A DNA stretch of 64,000 nt. It comes from Antedon mediterranea. Its lineage: Eukaryota > Animalia > Echinodermata. Positions 21,721 through 34,900 of the stretch are shown here, piece by piece; position 1 is the stretch's first letter, and each line of letters begins with the position of its first letter. Under the pieces are notes generated by a model. The model was not told the DNA's origin. It searched no databases and saw only the letters and a list, made by a program, of their open reading frames with translations. Position numbers and translations under genes: made by a program. The stretch spans positions 10,510,848 through 10,574,847 of the forward strand of contig NC_092673.1 in NCBI RefSeq assembly GCF_964355755.1. The letters run 5' to 3'.

Positions 21721-24700
21721 AATCTGTTTGTCAAGTAACATCAACACACAGCACTGCTTATCCAACTGAGCGTATGCTTTACTATTCTTCAAGTGAAGAT
21801 GATGAAGTAGGCCTAATTGTACGTGGGAACGGTTCAATTCAATCAATCAATAATGGATGTTCTGCTGTTGATGATACAGAAGGGTCACCTACTGGGATTT
21901 CGACTACCGAAGTTCCTCCAGCAGCAAAGAGAAAAGCATGGGAGGTTTCTACAACAGATGTCGATACTTCTGATGATGACATACCTACAGAGTCAGCAGG
22001 TCAGTAACTTTAACAATACAATGACATGTTATGTAGTTATTTACTAGGTTAGAGTAGAGGCCGCCTCTAGGCCTATCCCTATGTTTTTATGGGCCCGATC
22101 TGGGAGGTAACAATATCGTATTCGATTGGGACATTTATCGTTGAGTATAGTTTTGTTTTTGTTGATTTACCTTTCCGTACTTATAACACAATTGTGTGCG
22201 TTGAGATTGTTCTTAACAAAGAAGTTTGCATTGTTAACGTTTTCTATTTCACTGGACCACCTCTAGTTACGTTCAGTATAACCCCTATTAAGGCTTCAGG
22301 AACAAAATAATGTCCCCTTGGCAGGGGTTTTTTACTGGAAAAAAAAAATTATTTTGATATGTAAAATAAATAATTGATCTGGAATCATAAAATTAAAAAT
22401 TGAAATTAGCAGTCCCTTTTAAACAATAAATGTATCTAATTATTTCTATGATAATAGTTTAAATTGCACATTTTCTGATTACAACATAGACTCTGTTTGT
22501 CTAGTAACAACTACCAAAGTTCCTCCAGCAGCAGAGAGAAAAGCATGGGAGGTTTCTACAACAGATGTCGATACTTCCGATGTCGATACTTCCGATGATG
22601 ACATATCAGCAGGTCAGTAGCAATAACATTAACCATGAGCTTTTGCTAACCTTTCTTAGTAGGGCTCCTACCAACTTTATACAAAACTTCATCTAGGCTT
22701 GGGTAGGGAATTACCTTTTAAGCAGCCAGCCTAATAATACTACTACTACTACTACTACTAGCCAGTAGATATTAGTATCCTCTATAGAGGCTAGTTTATT
22801 TATTTAGATTTACTTCCCTACTACACCTTTAAATCATTAGCATACTTAATAATTACAAAGGTGCATTCTTCAGAAATAACAAAATACAACAAAAACCTCA
22901 TTATTAATAACGATGAGAATAATGGTGAAAAAAAAGGATAAATGGTAATAACCTCCCATAAAGCCTATAGCTCCTCGATCAAAATATTATCTTCCACTAT
23001 CCAAAATTTGAAAATGTCTGCTATCAATCACCAGTTACCCCAAATGAAGAATTACTGTACATGTATGTTGCATAGGCTGCTATAAATATTAAACTACTAT
23101 ATTTTTATTTAGCCTGCAAGGAGGCCTAGAGACTGTAGAAACTAATTACCTTAATTCATCTGGATCAAGTGATGATGAGATTAAAATCTCTAATCACACA
23201 AGTAAGCGTAGTGGTAAGTTTGATATGTCATTAATTTTTAAAACTACTTTTATTAAATAGTGCTTGATGTTGATGGTTGTGCTGTACCTAAAAGATATGG
23301 AAATTGCTGGTTGTTTCCATTTGTGTCTGATTCTATGGTCAGGTTCTAATGTTATGTCTGTATGGTATGTAAATAGGTACGACTGTCCAATGAACAAGGC
23401 ACCTGCACAACCTGTAATTGAACACTCGAAAAGTGAAATTGAATTATCTGAACCGAAAAAAAAATTGTTTGTCAAAGAATTAAAAGTATCTATATATTAA
23501 TGCGAATTAGTCACCTAGTTTTACGTAACCTCCAAAACTTCTGAAACCGTATTGACTGATCACATTTTCTGCAATTGGTACCATATAATTGTTATTTTGT
23601 TTGTTTGTTTTTTTTGCCAATGGATAATGTAAGTTTATTCTTTCTGTAGAAAAAAGGAAAAGGAATCACCTACAGCCAATACACAACTTGTATTTGACCT
23701 GCTGTTGTGCATTAATGTGCATTGGTATGCTAAATTTTAGAGAAATAAAACAAACAAGGAAAGCTTTTCAAGCAATGACCGAATATGAACAACGCTGTTG
23801 GATCCTTAAATATTTCAATGAACATCTCAGCACATCCGGAGGTGCCACCAAAATCGGTCTACTAGTTGGTGCTAACAAAGTTTGTGCAAAAGCATGGATG
23901 TTAGTAAATGGTATTGGCCGGTCAACTTTTTACAAAATAAGGAAGCAAGCTATTGGTAATTAATTGTTTAGTTTTACAGTACATTTTACATTATTTAATT
24001 TTACATGCTGTTAATATTACTTTTAATGTATGTGTTTTAATGTTGCTGAAACGGAAAGATTACTGTGACTGTGTGAAGATTACTTTCCATTATACTTATA
24101 GTCGTATTATACAGGGCCATAGCCAGGATCTGACGAGGAGTGGAGAATAACTTTTTTTTAAATGAATAGAATGCATTTGATTATTGTTTAATTATTTTTA
24201 CACAATAAAATCAATATGCTTAACACTATGTTAGAAAGATAATGCAAAATGATCATAAGTCATTAATCAATGGATTAAACCAAACAATAATAAAATAGTA
24301 CAGTATTTGAAATTCCTAATATTTGAAATTTACATTTTATTTCTTTTCAGAAGGATGCTGTTATCTTTTACCACCCAACTTCACCAGAAAGATGGTATAT
24401 AGCAATTCAACTCAACAGTGTCGGGCTTGGTTTATTAAATTTTGTAATGAATACGGTGATCAAATGCCAACTAATGGACAAATCCATCTACCATCAACGC
24501 TTACCAAACATGATGTGTACATGCATATGAAAGATGAGTTTGAGCTAAGAAATGAAGATGTGTGTGCATTAGCGACATTCTACAAGTTTTGGTGTGTTGA
24601 ATTCAAGCATATTGTAATACCCGAGGTATGTTTACGTTTTTACACTTATTATCGTTTGTACCAACAAATACCATTCACTTCAATGGACAAAATCCATGTC

Positions 24701-27700
24701 ATCTTCATTGACTGAAGTATTTTTTAACGTATTTTTATAAATTCACTTCAATGTTATGCAGAAAGTCCTGTAGGTTCAATTTTCATTCATAATAAAATAC
24801 TGGAAAAACATACTGTACAATCCAGATGCATGTATGATGGGCCTCACAACTCCTTCCATACATTCACTATATTGAATGCAAAATTTGTTTAATTTTATAT
24901 TTTTACGTGCTGTATTTTTTCAATTTTTTTTAATAGGAAAATCGTTTTGCAAAATGCAGCAAATGCACCAGAATTAAATTTGAGCTGCACAAGACAAATC
25001 AAAAGCAAAAACGGCAAATACTAATGATGAAGAGAGAGAAACATTTACGAAAACAAAAGTAAGTATGCCTACCTATTTTGTGTACAAAACCAGTAGGTTA
25101 AACCTTTCAACAAGAAATTCTGTTGAACTTGTATACCCGGTATTACCATAGATAGGAAAAATAATTATTGCTTCCACTGTATACCTCCTCTATAGTATTA
25201 TTAGTGTTTTTAAAAATAATTCTAACTTAATAAAATTAAGAGTGATTGAAATAAAACAGAAAATAACTGGGGAAAAATGGTAGAAAATGAAAATAATTAT
25301 TGTGTATGAACAATGAATGAATAAAAGTGGTTGTAAACAAAAAAAGAGAAAAGATAAACAAAATCATTATTATACAAAAAACCTTTACATTTAATCAATA
25401 ATTGTAATAGATTAGAAGTAAAGCATTGTCTCATCTTGTCATCGGCTAATAGATAACATATAACTAAACAAAACAAAAATTTATTATTAAATGCAAAATA
25501 AAACTATAAACATATGATTTGAATTTTTCAGTATTGAACGTCAAAAGTACTATAAACATATGCAGAAAGCAAGACAGAATCCCACCAAGTATTTGTCAAT
25601 AATTATCGATGGAATGGACCAAAGCAAGACTGATTTACCATCTTTTGCTTGCGAATCAAAAGAAACGTCGAAGATGTGGAAACTAGCCACACATGTAACT
25701 GGTGTTCTGGTACATGGGCGACATGGGCACTGCTTCATTGACCTAAAGCAGTTTCCACATGACTCAAACCTAACCTGCAACATTATACTGAAGGTGCTGT
25801 CAGAGATACAACCTCTACCACCAGTCTTATATCTGCAGTTGGACAATAGCGGAAAGGATAATAAAAACAGATTTGTTTTTGCCCTATGTGCTCTTCTTGT
25901 AGAGTTAAAGATTTTTCGAAAGGTAAATGACTATAAATTTATAAATGATATATAAATAATAAAACAGTATACACAGTGCACTTTAAAGAACCCAGTTCAT
26001 CATTCATTTACCCTGTTCTTGTTCACCACAAAATATCCCCTGTGTTGGGTGATTTCCACCTGCCTAATAGGACAGTAAATAATTTACTATTGGTAATTAT
26101 CTAAAGACATAAAATATTCAATAACATTCTAGTCTAACTAGATGAGGAAAAAATGGAAATATACTAAAAATGTATTTTTTTTATGTTGCTTTGAAAAGTT
26201 TTAATTTTAAATCATTACTTCTTTTACTCTTTCAGATAAAGATTGGGTTTTTAATGGTGGGTCACACTCACGAGGATATTGACCAATTATTTTCATGTGT
26301 GGCCAAATACCTGAACAAATATAGAGCATCTACACTTGATCATCTTCGAAGTGCTGTTGAAAACTCGTACAAAAAGTTGCCGATTACATCAAGTATCATT
26401 TCCTATCTGCATGACATTAAGAACTGGTTAGTACCATACATGCAAGACATACGTTACCACAGCAAACCACACCAGTTTAAGTTTGTTTTGGCTCAAACCG
26501 GAAAATGCATCATGTCCTATAAGAACTGGTCAACGGATTGTACTTGGTGTGAATGTGCAAGAGAAATGGACACACTTCCATATTTGCTCAAGGAAAGCCC
26601 TGCTGATATACCAGTGTTGTGTACTCCTGATTTTAGTAATGCAGATATACCAAAGTTAAAAAAAAGTCTGGCGTCTGTTGCAAATTTTTTGCGAATAGAA
26701 GAACGTGACTGGTGGGAGGAATTTTTAAATAATATAGAAGACATCACAGAAGGTATGTACTGTACTACATTGCATGTGTGTTGTTTCACCATTTTACACA
26801 TATATTTTTTGGTTAACAAGAGAATTTTGATTTTAGTATAGATTCAGCAGCTATAACAAAATTCAAAATACTCCACACAACTATGTTGGGTCACATTCAC
26901 CAATGCATGCTTCCACTGATCATTTTATGTGAGAACCTAAAATTATCAAATAACATGAACGATATCTAGTGGAGTACACTGGAGAAACATGCCTCCTGAT
27001 TAATTCATAAGATAAAATCAATCAATCAGCATCTGATTAGCATGGTGCGCAATGTATTGGCCCAGCTTTTATGCAACAAACACCTCGGCATAAATATATC
27101 ATGAATGTATATTATTTACTTTTTAAAACTAATACGTACTCTTTTTTTTTAAGGAAATGAACAGCGATTTTTGCTCCATGACATCATTTTTAATGACAAC
27201 AATGCAAGCCCTATCAGGGAGGAATCTGATGGAAACGAGACAGACATTAGTGACTCAGATAATGAAAATGAAATAAGACCGGTATGATAAAGATATTATA
27301 GATTTTCAAAATTACATCTTTGAAACATGTAATGCAACTTAGTTTAAAGCAGTGCTTATATTTGGAATATGATCTCATAATCGCATCAAGCAAATGCATC
27401 AACGAAAATTCTATATTTTTAGGGTTGTAAGAAAAATGATTATGACTTTTCTATGCTTTCTCCCACACTACAAGGTACACATTGGTAAATTTTCGAAGCG
27501 TAAGCCACCACAGCAACTCGATGTTGGTGCTATGGTAGCAACAGCTTTAAGGAGATATCCCACAGAATGGCCTCAGATAGGCAAAATATTCAGCATAAAT
27601 AACAATGAGGTAGAAGTAGTGTGGTACACTGGAACGTATACTTCCCGGTTTGTTCTGTGTGAAAAAGATGGACAAGAATGGCGAGAAATAATATCGAAGG

Positions 27701-27804
27701 AGGAGGTGATAAGTATATTTAATTTAACACCAACTAGTAGATTGCCTACCAATGTTATTGTTAAATTAAAAGAATTAAGAGATGACTTTTTAAATGAAAG
27801 TTAA
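21721..27804 (+). CDS. Multi-exon Sola-like/DUF7869-type DDD transposase-like protein. Exons: 21721-21999, 22490-22612, ~23121 or 23130-23213, 23650-23955, 24351-24625, 24937-25058, 25532-25922, 26236-26752, 27154-27281, 27475-27804
   Basis: GT-AG introns with compatible phases give an open ~850-aa frame. Motifs: CC...C and C..AW....GI...TFY; F.KC..C...H; SIIIDGMDQSK; LYLQLDNSGKDNKN; FLMVGHTHEDIDQLFS. C-terminal VGAMVA...PQIGKI...VEVVWY is a Tudor/SH3-like barrel. Confidence 0.85.
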
Positions 27805-27914
27805 TGCAGGGAGCTTTACAACTCACTGGTTGTCACAATAGGGTGCACATTAATGGAATTTTACATGTATAATGAATCTAAAAAAATTATTTAATTTTCA
27901 ACCAATTTCATAAT

Positions 27915-28358
27915 TGTATATAACAGTAGCTCAACCATATAATGTAGTCAAGTTTATGACCATGTAGTTTATATAACAATAGCTCAACCATATACTGTAG
28001 TCATAAAGCTTATGACCATGTAGTTTATATAACAATAGCTCAACCATATACTGTAGTCATAAAGTTTATGACCATGTACTTTTTATAACAATAGCTCAAC
28101 CATATACTGTAGTCATAAAGTTTATGACCATGTAGTTTATATAACAATAGCTCAATCATATACTGTAGTCATAAAGTTTATGACCATGTAGTTTATATAA
28201 CAATAGCTCAACCATTATTATACTGTAGTCATAAAGTTTATGACCATGTAGTTTTTATAACAATAGCTCAACCATATACTGTAGTCAAGTTTATGACCAT
28301 GTAGTTTTTATAACAATAGCTCAACCATATACTGTAGTCATAATGTTTATGACCATGC
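27915..28358. repeat. Minisatellite, ~56-bp unit x 8
   Basis: Unit TATAACAATAGCTCAACCATATACTGTAGTCATAAAGTTTATGACCATGTAGTTTA is repeated in tandem with small indels. Confidence 0.95.
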
Positions 28359-28938
28359 AGATGAACTTTATAGTAAAGTTGTATTAAAACAATGAATGAT
28401 TAAAAATTAAAAATATTCTGCAGTTATTAAAATTTGTTTTCTTTGCTTTGTGTGTACTTCGCGAAAAAAAATGGACATTATAAAGATTTTTTTGGCCCAT
28501 ACCATTTATTTTTTTTATTAAATAAAGCAGTTTCTGCACATTAAACCTAGTTTAAATAAGAAGCTAATAATCCGAACAAAACTCATTGTGTAATGTCTAT
28601 TGATGTTTTGGAAAACGGACAGTATATTTTAACCTAAAAAAGCTAGTATGTTTTTTTCTATAATTATGAAAATGATAGCGAATTATAAATTTATAGAATA
28701 ACCAAGGATTTGCATATTGTCGATCTATTTTATTGATCTTTTTCTATCTCTAAAATATTCACCATTATAGACATTATGGCTGACATTATCAAACTGTATG
28801 CTTTCTCAATAATTAAACAAATCTTACAACCACATCTGTTTTTTCAAATAATATTTTTAATTCTAATGATAGCTTTTTTTTAGGAAAATTCTATAAATAA
28901 TACGGATTGTAGAAATCCGTTATGGCACAAAATCGTGT

Positions 28939-31900
28939 TCTCTCTCTCTCGCTGGTCTATCTCTCTCTCGCTGATCTATCTCTCTCTCGCTGATCTATCT
29001 CTCACTCGCTGATCTATCTCTCTCTCGCTGATCTATCTCTCTCCCTCTCGCTGATCTATCTCTCTCTGTCGCTGATCTATCTCTCTCTGTCGCTGATCTA
29101 TCTCTCTCTGTCGCTGATCTATCTCTCTCTGTCGCTGATCTATCTCCCTCTGTCGCTGATCTATCTCTCTCTGTCGCTGATCTATCTCTCTCTGTCGCTG
29201 ATCTATCTCTCTATCTCTCTCTCGTTGATCTATCTCTCTCGCTGATCTATCTCTCTCTCGCTGATCTATCTCTCTCTCGCTGATCTATTTCCCTCTCGCT
29301 GATCTATTTCTCTCTCGCTGATCTATCTCACTCTCGCTGATCTATCTCACTCTCGCTGATCTATCTCTCTCTCTCGCTGATCTATCTCTCTCTCTCGCTG
29401 ATCTATCTCTCTCTCGCTGATCTATCTCTCACTCGCTGATCTATCTCTCTCTCGCTGATCTATCTCTCTCTAGCTGATCTATCTCTCTCTCGCTGATCTA
29501 TCTCTCTCTCGCTGATCTATCTCTCTCGCAGATATATCTCTCTCTCACTGATCTATCTCTCTCTCGCTGATCTACCTCTCTCTCGCTGATCTATCTCTCT
29601 CTCGCTGATCTATCTCTCTCTCGCTGATCTATCTCTCTCTCGCTGATCTAACTCTCTCGCTGATCTATCTCTCTCTCGCTGATCTATCTCTTTCTCGCTG
29701 ATCTATCTCTCTCTCGCTGATCTATCTCTCTCTCGCTGATCTATCTCTCTCTCGCTGATCTATCTCTCACTCGCTGATCTATCTCTCACTCTCTGATCTA
29801 TCTCTCTCTCGCTGATCTATTTCTCTCTCGCTGATCTATCTCTCTCGTTGATCTGTCTCTCTCTCACTGATCTATCTCTCTCTCTCGCTGATCTATCTCG
29901 CTCGCTGATCTATCTCTCTCTCGCTGATCTATCTCTCTCTCGCTGATCTATCTCTCTCTCTCGCTGATCTATCTCTCTCTCGCTGATCTATCTCTCTCTC
30001 GCTGATCTATCTCTCTCTCGCTGATCTATCTCTCTCTCGCCGATCTATTTCTCTCTCGCTGATCTATCTCTCTCTCGCTGATCTATATCTCTCTCGCTGA
30101 TCTATCTCTCTCTCGCTGATCTTTCTCTCTCTCTGGCTGATCTATCTCTCTCTCTCGCTGATCTATCTCTCTCGCTGATCTATCTCTCTCTCGCTGATCT
30201 ATCTCTCTCTCTCGCTGATCTATCTCTCTCGCTGATCTATCTTTCTCTCGCTGATCTATCTCTCTCTCTCTCGCGCTGATCTATCTCTCTCTCGCTGATC
30301 TATCTCTCTCTCGCTGATCTATCTCTCTCTCGCTGATCTATCTCCCTCGCTGTTCTATCTCTCTCTAGTTGATCTATCTCTCTCTCGCTGATCTATCTCT
30401 CTCTCACTGATCTATCTCTCTCTCGCTGATCTATCTCTCTCTCGCTGATCTATCTCTCTCTCGCTGATCTTTCTCTCTCTCTTGCTGATCTATCACTCTC
30501 TCTCTCTCGCTGATCTATCTCTCTCTCGCGCTGATCTATCTCTCTCTCTCTCTCGCTGATCTATCTCTATCTCTCACTGATGTATCTCTCTCTCTCGCTG
30601 ATCTATCTCTCTCTCTCGCTGATCTATCTCTAGCTCTCTGTCGCTGATCTATCTCTAGCTCTCTCTCGCTGATCTATCTCTCTCGGTCGCTGATCTATCT
30701 CTCTCTGTCGCTGATCTATCTCTCTCTGTCGCTGATCTATCTCTCTCTGTCGCTGATCTATCTCCCTCTGTCGCTGATCTATCTCTCTCTGTCGCTGATC
30801 TATCTCTCTCTGTCGCTGATCTATCTCTCTATCTCTCCATCGCTGATCTATCTCTCTCGCTGATCTATCTCTCTCGCTGATCTATCTCTCTCTCGCTGAC
30901 CTATCTCTCTCTCGCTGATCTAGCTCCCTCTCGCTGATCTATTTCTCTCTCGCTGATCTATCTCTCTCTCGCTGATCTATCTCTCTCGCTGATCTATCTC
31001 TCTCTCGCTGATCTATCTCTCTCTCTCGCTGATCTATCTCTCTCTCGCTGATCTATCTCTCACTCGCTGATCTATCTCTCTCTCGCTGATCTATCTCTCT
31101 CTCTCTCTCGCTGATCTATCTCTCTCTCGCTGATCTATCTCTCTCTGTCGCTGATATATCTCTCTCTGTCGCTGATCTATCTCTCTCTGTCGCTGATCTA
31201 TCTCTCTCTGTCGCTGATCTATCTCCCTCTGTCGCTGATCTATCTCTCTCTGTCGCTGATCTATCTCTCTCTTTCGCTGATCTATCTCTCTATCTCTCTA
31301 TCGCTGATCTATCTCTCTCGCTGATCTATCTCTCTCTCTCTCGCTGATCTATCTCTCTCTCGCTGATCTATCTCCCTCTCGCTGATCTATTTCTCTCTCG
31401 CTGATCTATCTCTCTCTCGCTGATCTATCTCTCTCGCTGATCTATCTCTCTCTCTCGCTGATCTATCTCTCTCTCGCTGATCTATCTCTCTCTCGCAGAT
31501 ATATCTCTCTCTCGCTGATCTATCTCTCTCTCGCTGATCTATCTCTCTCTCTTTCGCTGATTTATGTCTCTCGCTGATCTATCTCTCTCGCTGATCTATC
31601 TCTCTCTCTCTGATTTATCTCTCTCGCTGATCAATCTCTCTCGCTGATCTAACTCTCTCGCTGATCTATCTCTCTCTCGCTGATCTATCTCTTTCTCGCT
31701 GATCTATCTCTCTCTCGCTGATCTATCTCTCTCTCACTGATCTATCTCTCTCTCGCTGATCTATCTCTCACTCGCTGATCTATCTCTCACTCGCTGATCT
31801 ATCTCTCTCTCGCTGATCTATCTCTTTCTCGCTGATCTATCTCTCTCGTTGATCTATCTCTCTCGCTGATCTATCTCTCTCTCGCTGATCTATCTCTCTC

Positions 31901-34900
31901 TCGCTGATCTATCTCTCTCTCGCAGATCTATCTCTCTCTCGCTGATCTATCTCTTTCTCGCTGATCTATCTCTCTCTCTCGCTGATTTATCTCTCTCTCG
32001 CTGATCTATCTCCCTCGCTGATCTATCTCTGTCTCTCTCTCTGATTTATCTCTCTCTCGATTATCTATCTCTCTCTCGCTGATCTACCTCTCTCTCGCTG
32101 ATCTATCTCTCTCTCTGGCTGATCTATCTCTCTCTCGCTGATCTATCTCTCTCTCTCTTATCTAACTCTCTCGCTGATCTATCTCTATCTCGCTGATCTA
32201 TCTCTTTCTCGCTGATCTATCTCTCTCTCGCTGATCTATCTCTCTCTCGCTGATCTATCTCTCTCTCGCTGATCTATCTCTCACTCGCTGATCTATCTCT
32301 CACTCTCTGATCTATCTCTCTCTCGCTGATCTATCTCTCTCTCGCTGATCTATCTCTCTCGTTGATCTATCTCTCTCTCGCTGATCTATCTCTCTCTCGC
32401 TGATCTATCTCTCTCGCTGATCTATCTCTCTCTCGCTGATCTATCTCTCTCTCTCGCTGATCTATCTCACTCTCGCTGATCTATCTCTCTCTCGCTGATC
32501 TATCTCTCTCTCTCGCTGATCTATCTCTCTCTCGCCGATCTATCTCTCTCTCGCTGATCTATCTCTCTCTCGCTGATCTATATCTCTCTCGCTGATCTAT
32601 CTCTCTCTCGCTGATCTTTCTCTCTCTGTGGCTGATCTATCTCTCTCTCTCTCGCTGATCTATCTCTCTCGCTGATCTATCTCTCTCTCGCTGATCTATC
32701 TCTCTCTCTCACTGATCTATCTCTCTCGCTGATCTATCTTTCTCTCGCTGATCTATCTCTCTCTCTCTCGCGCTGATCTATCTCTCTCTCGCTGATCTAT
32801 CCCTCTCTCGCAGATCCATCTCTCTCTCGCTGATCTATCTCTCTCTCGCTGATCTATCTCCCTCGCTGTTCTATCTCTCTCTAGTTGATCTATCTCTCTC
32901 TCGCTGATCTATCTCTCTCTCGCTTATCTATCTCTCTCTCGCTGATCTATCTCTCTCTCTCGCTGATCTATCTCTCTCTCGCTGATCTATCTCTCTCTCT
33001 TGCTGATCTATCACTCTCTCTCGCTGATCTATCTCTCTCTCGCACTGATCTATCTCTCTCTCTCTCGCTGATCTATCTCTATCTGTCGCTGATCTATCTC
33101 TCTCTGTCGCTGATCTATCTCTCTCTGTCGCTGATCTATCTCTCTCTGTCGCTGATCTATCTCCCTCTGTCGCTGATCTATCTCTCTCTGTCGCTGATCT
33201 ATCTCTCTCTTTCGCTGATCTATCTCTCTATCTCTCTCTCGCTGATCTATCTCTCTCGCTGATCTATGTCTCTCTCTCGCTGATCTATCTCTTTCTCGCT
33301 GATCTATCTCCCTCTCGCTGATCTATTTCTCTCTCGCTGATCTATCTCTCTCTCGCTGATCTATCTCTCTCGCTGATCTATCTCTCTCTCTCGCTGATCT
33401 ATCTCTCTCTCGCTTATCTATCTCTCTCTCGCAGATATATCTCTCTCTCGCTGATCTATCTCTCTCTCGCTGATCTATCTCTCTCTCTCGCTGATTTGTC
33501 TCTCTCTCGCTGATCTATCTCTCTCTCTCTCTGATTTATCTCTCTCGCTGATCAATCTCTCTCGCTGATCTAACTCTCTCGCTGATCTATCTCTCTCTCG
33601 CTGATCTATCTCTTTCTCGCTGATCTATCTCTCTCTCGCTGATCTATCTCTCTCTCTCACTGATCTATCTCTCTCTCGCTGATCTATCTCTCACTCGCTG
33701 ATCTATCTCTCACTCGCTGATCTATCTCTCTCTCGCTGATCTATCTCTCTCTCGCTGATCTATCTCTCTCGTTGATCTATCTCTCTCGCTGATCTATCTC
33801 TCTCTCGCTGATCTATCTCTCTCGCAGATCTATCTCTCTCTCGCTGATCTATCTCTCTCTCGCTGATCTATCTCTCTCTCTCGCTGATTTATCTCTCTCT
33901 CGCTGATCTATCTCTCTCGCTGATCTATCTCTCTCTCTCTCTGATTTATCTCTCTCTCGATTATCTATCTCTCTCTCGCTGATCTACCTCTCTCTCGCTG
34001 ATCTATCTCTCTCTCTCGCTGATCTATCTCTCTCTCGCTGATCTATCTCTCTCTCTCTGATCTAACTCTCTCGCTGACCTATCTCTATCTCGCTGATCTA
34101 TCTCTTTCTCGCTGATCTATATCTCTCTCGCTGATCTATCTCTCTCTCGCTGATCTATTTCGCTCTCGCTGATCTATCTCTCACTTGCTGATCTATCTCT
34201 CACTCTCTGATCTATCTCTCTCTCGCTGATCTATCTCTCTCTCGCTGATCTATCTCTCTCGTTGATCTATCTCTCTCTCGCTGATCTATCTCTCTCTCGC
34301 TGATCTATCTCTCTCGCTGATCTATCTCTCTCTCGCTGATCTATCTCTCTCTCTCGCTGATCTATCTCACTCTCGCTGATCTATCTCTCTCGCTGATCTA
34401 TCTCTCTCTCGCTGATCTATCTCTCTCTCGCCGATCTATCTCTCTCTCGCTGATCTATCTCTCTCTTGCTGATCTATATCTCTCTCGCTGATCTATCTCT
34501 CTCTCGCTGATCTTTCTCTCTCTCTGGCTGATCTATCTCTCTCTCTCGCTGATCTATCTCTCTCGCTGATCTATCTCTCTCTCGCTGATCTATCTCTCTC
34601 TCTCGCTGATCTATCTCTCTCGCTGATCTATCTTTCTCTCGCTGATCTATCTCTCTCTCTCTCGCGCTGATCTATCTCTCTCTCGCTGATCTATCCCTCT
34701 CTCGCAGATCCATCTCTCTCTCGCTGATCTATCTCTCTCTCTCGCTGATCTATCTCCCTCGCTGTTCTATCTCTCTCTAGTTGATCTATCTCTCTCTCGC
34801 TGATCTATCTCTCTCTCGCTGATCTATCTCTCTCTTGCTGATCTATCTCTCTCTCTCGCTGATCTATCTCTCTCTCGCTGATCTATCTCTCTCTCTTGCT

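Noticed and set aside
23264-23500. Possible extra exon (YDCPMNKAPAQ...KELK) of the transposase-like gene
   Set aside because: Its acceptor phase is incompatible, and exon ending 23213 joins 23650 in frame without it. An alternative exon cannot be excluded.
27915-28358. CRISPR-like appearance of the 56-bp repeat
   Set aside because: There are no unique spacers and no cas genes, and the context is eukaryotic and intron-containing.
12110-28895. TTCCTAAAAAAAA (~12120) and TTTTTTTTAGGAA (~28875-28887) as possible TIRs of the Sola-like element
   Set aside because: The match is short and low complexity, does not extend, and has no TSD.
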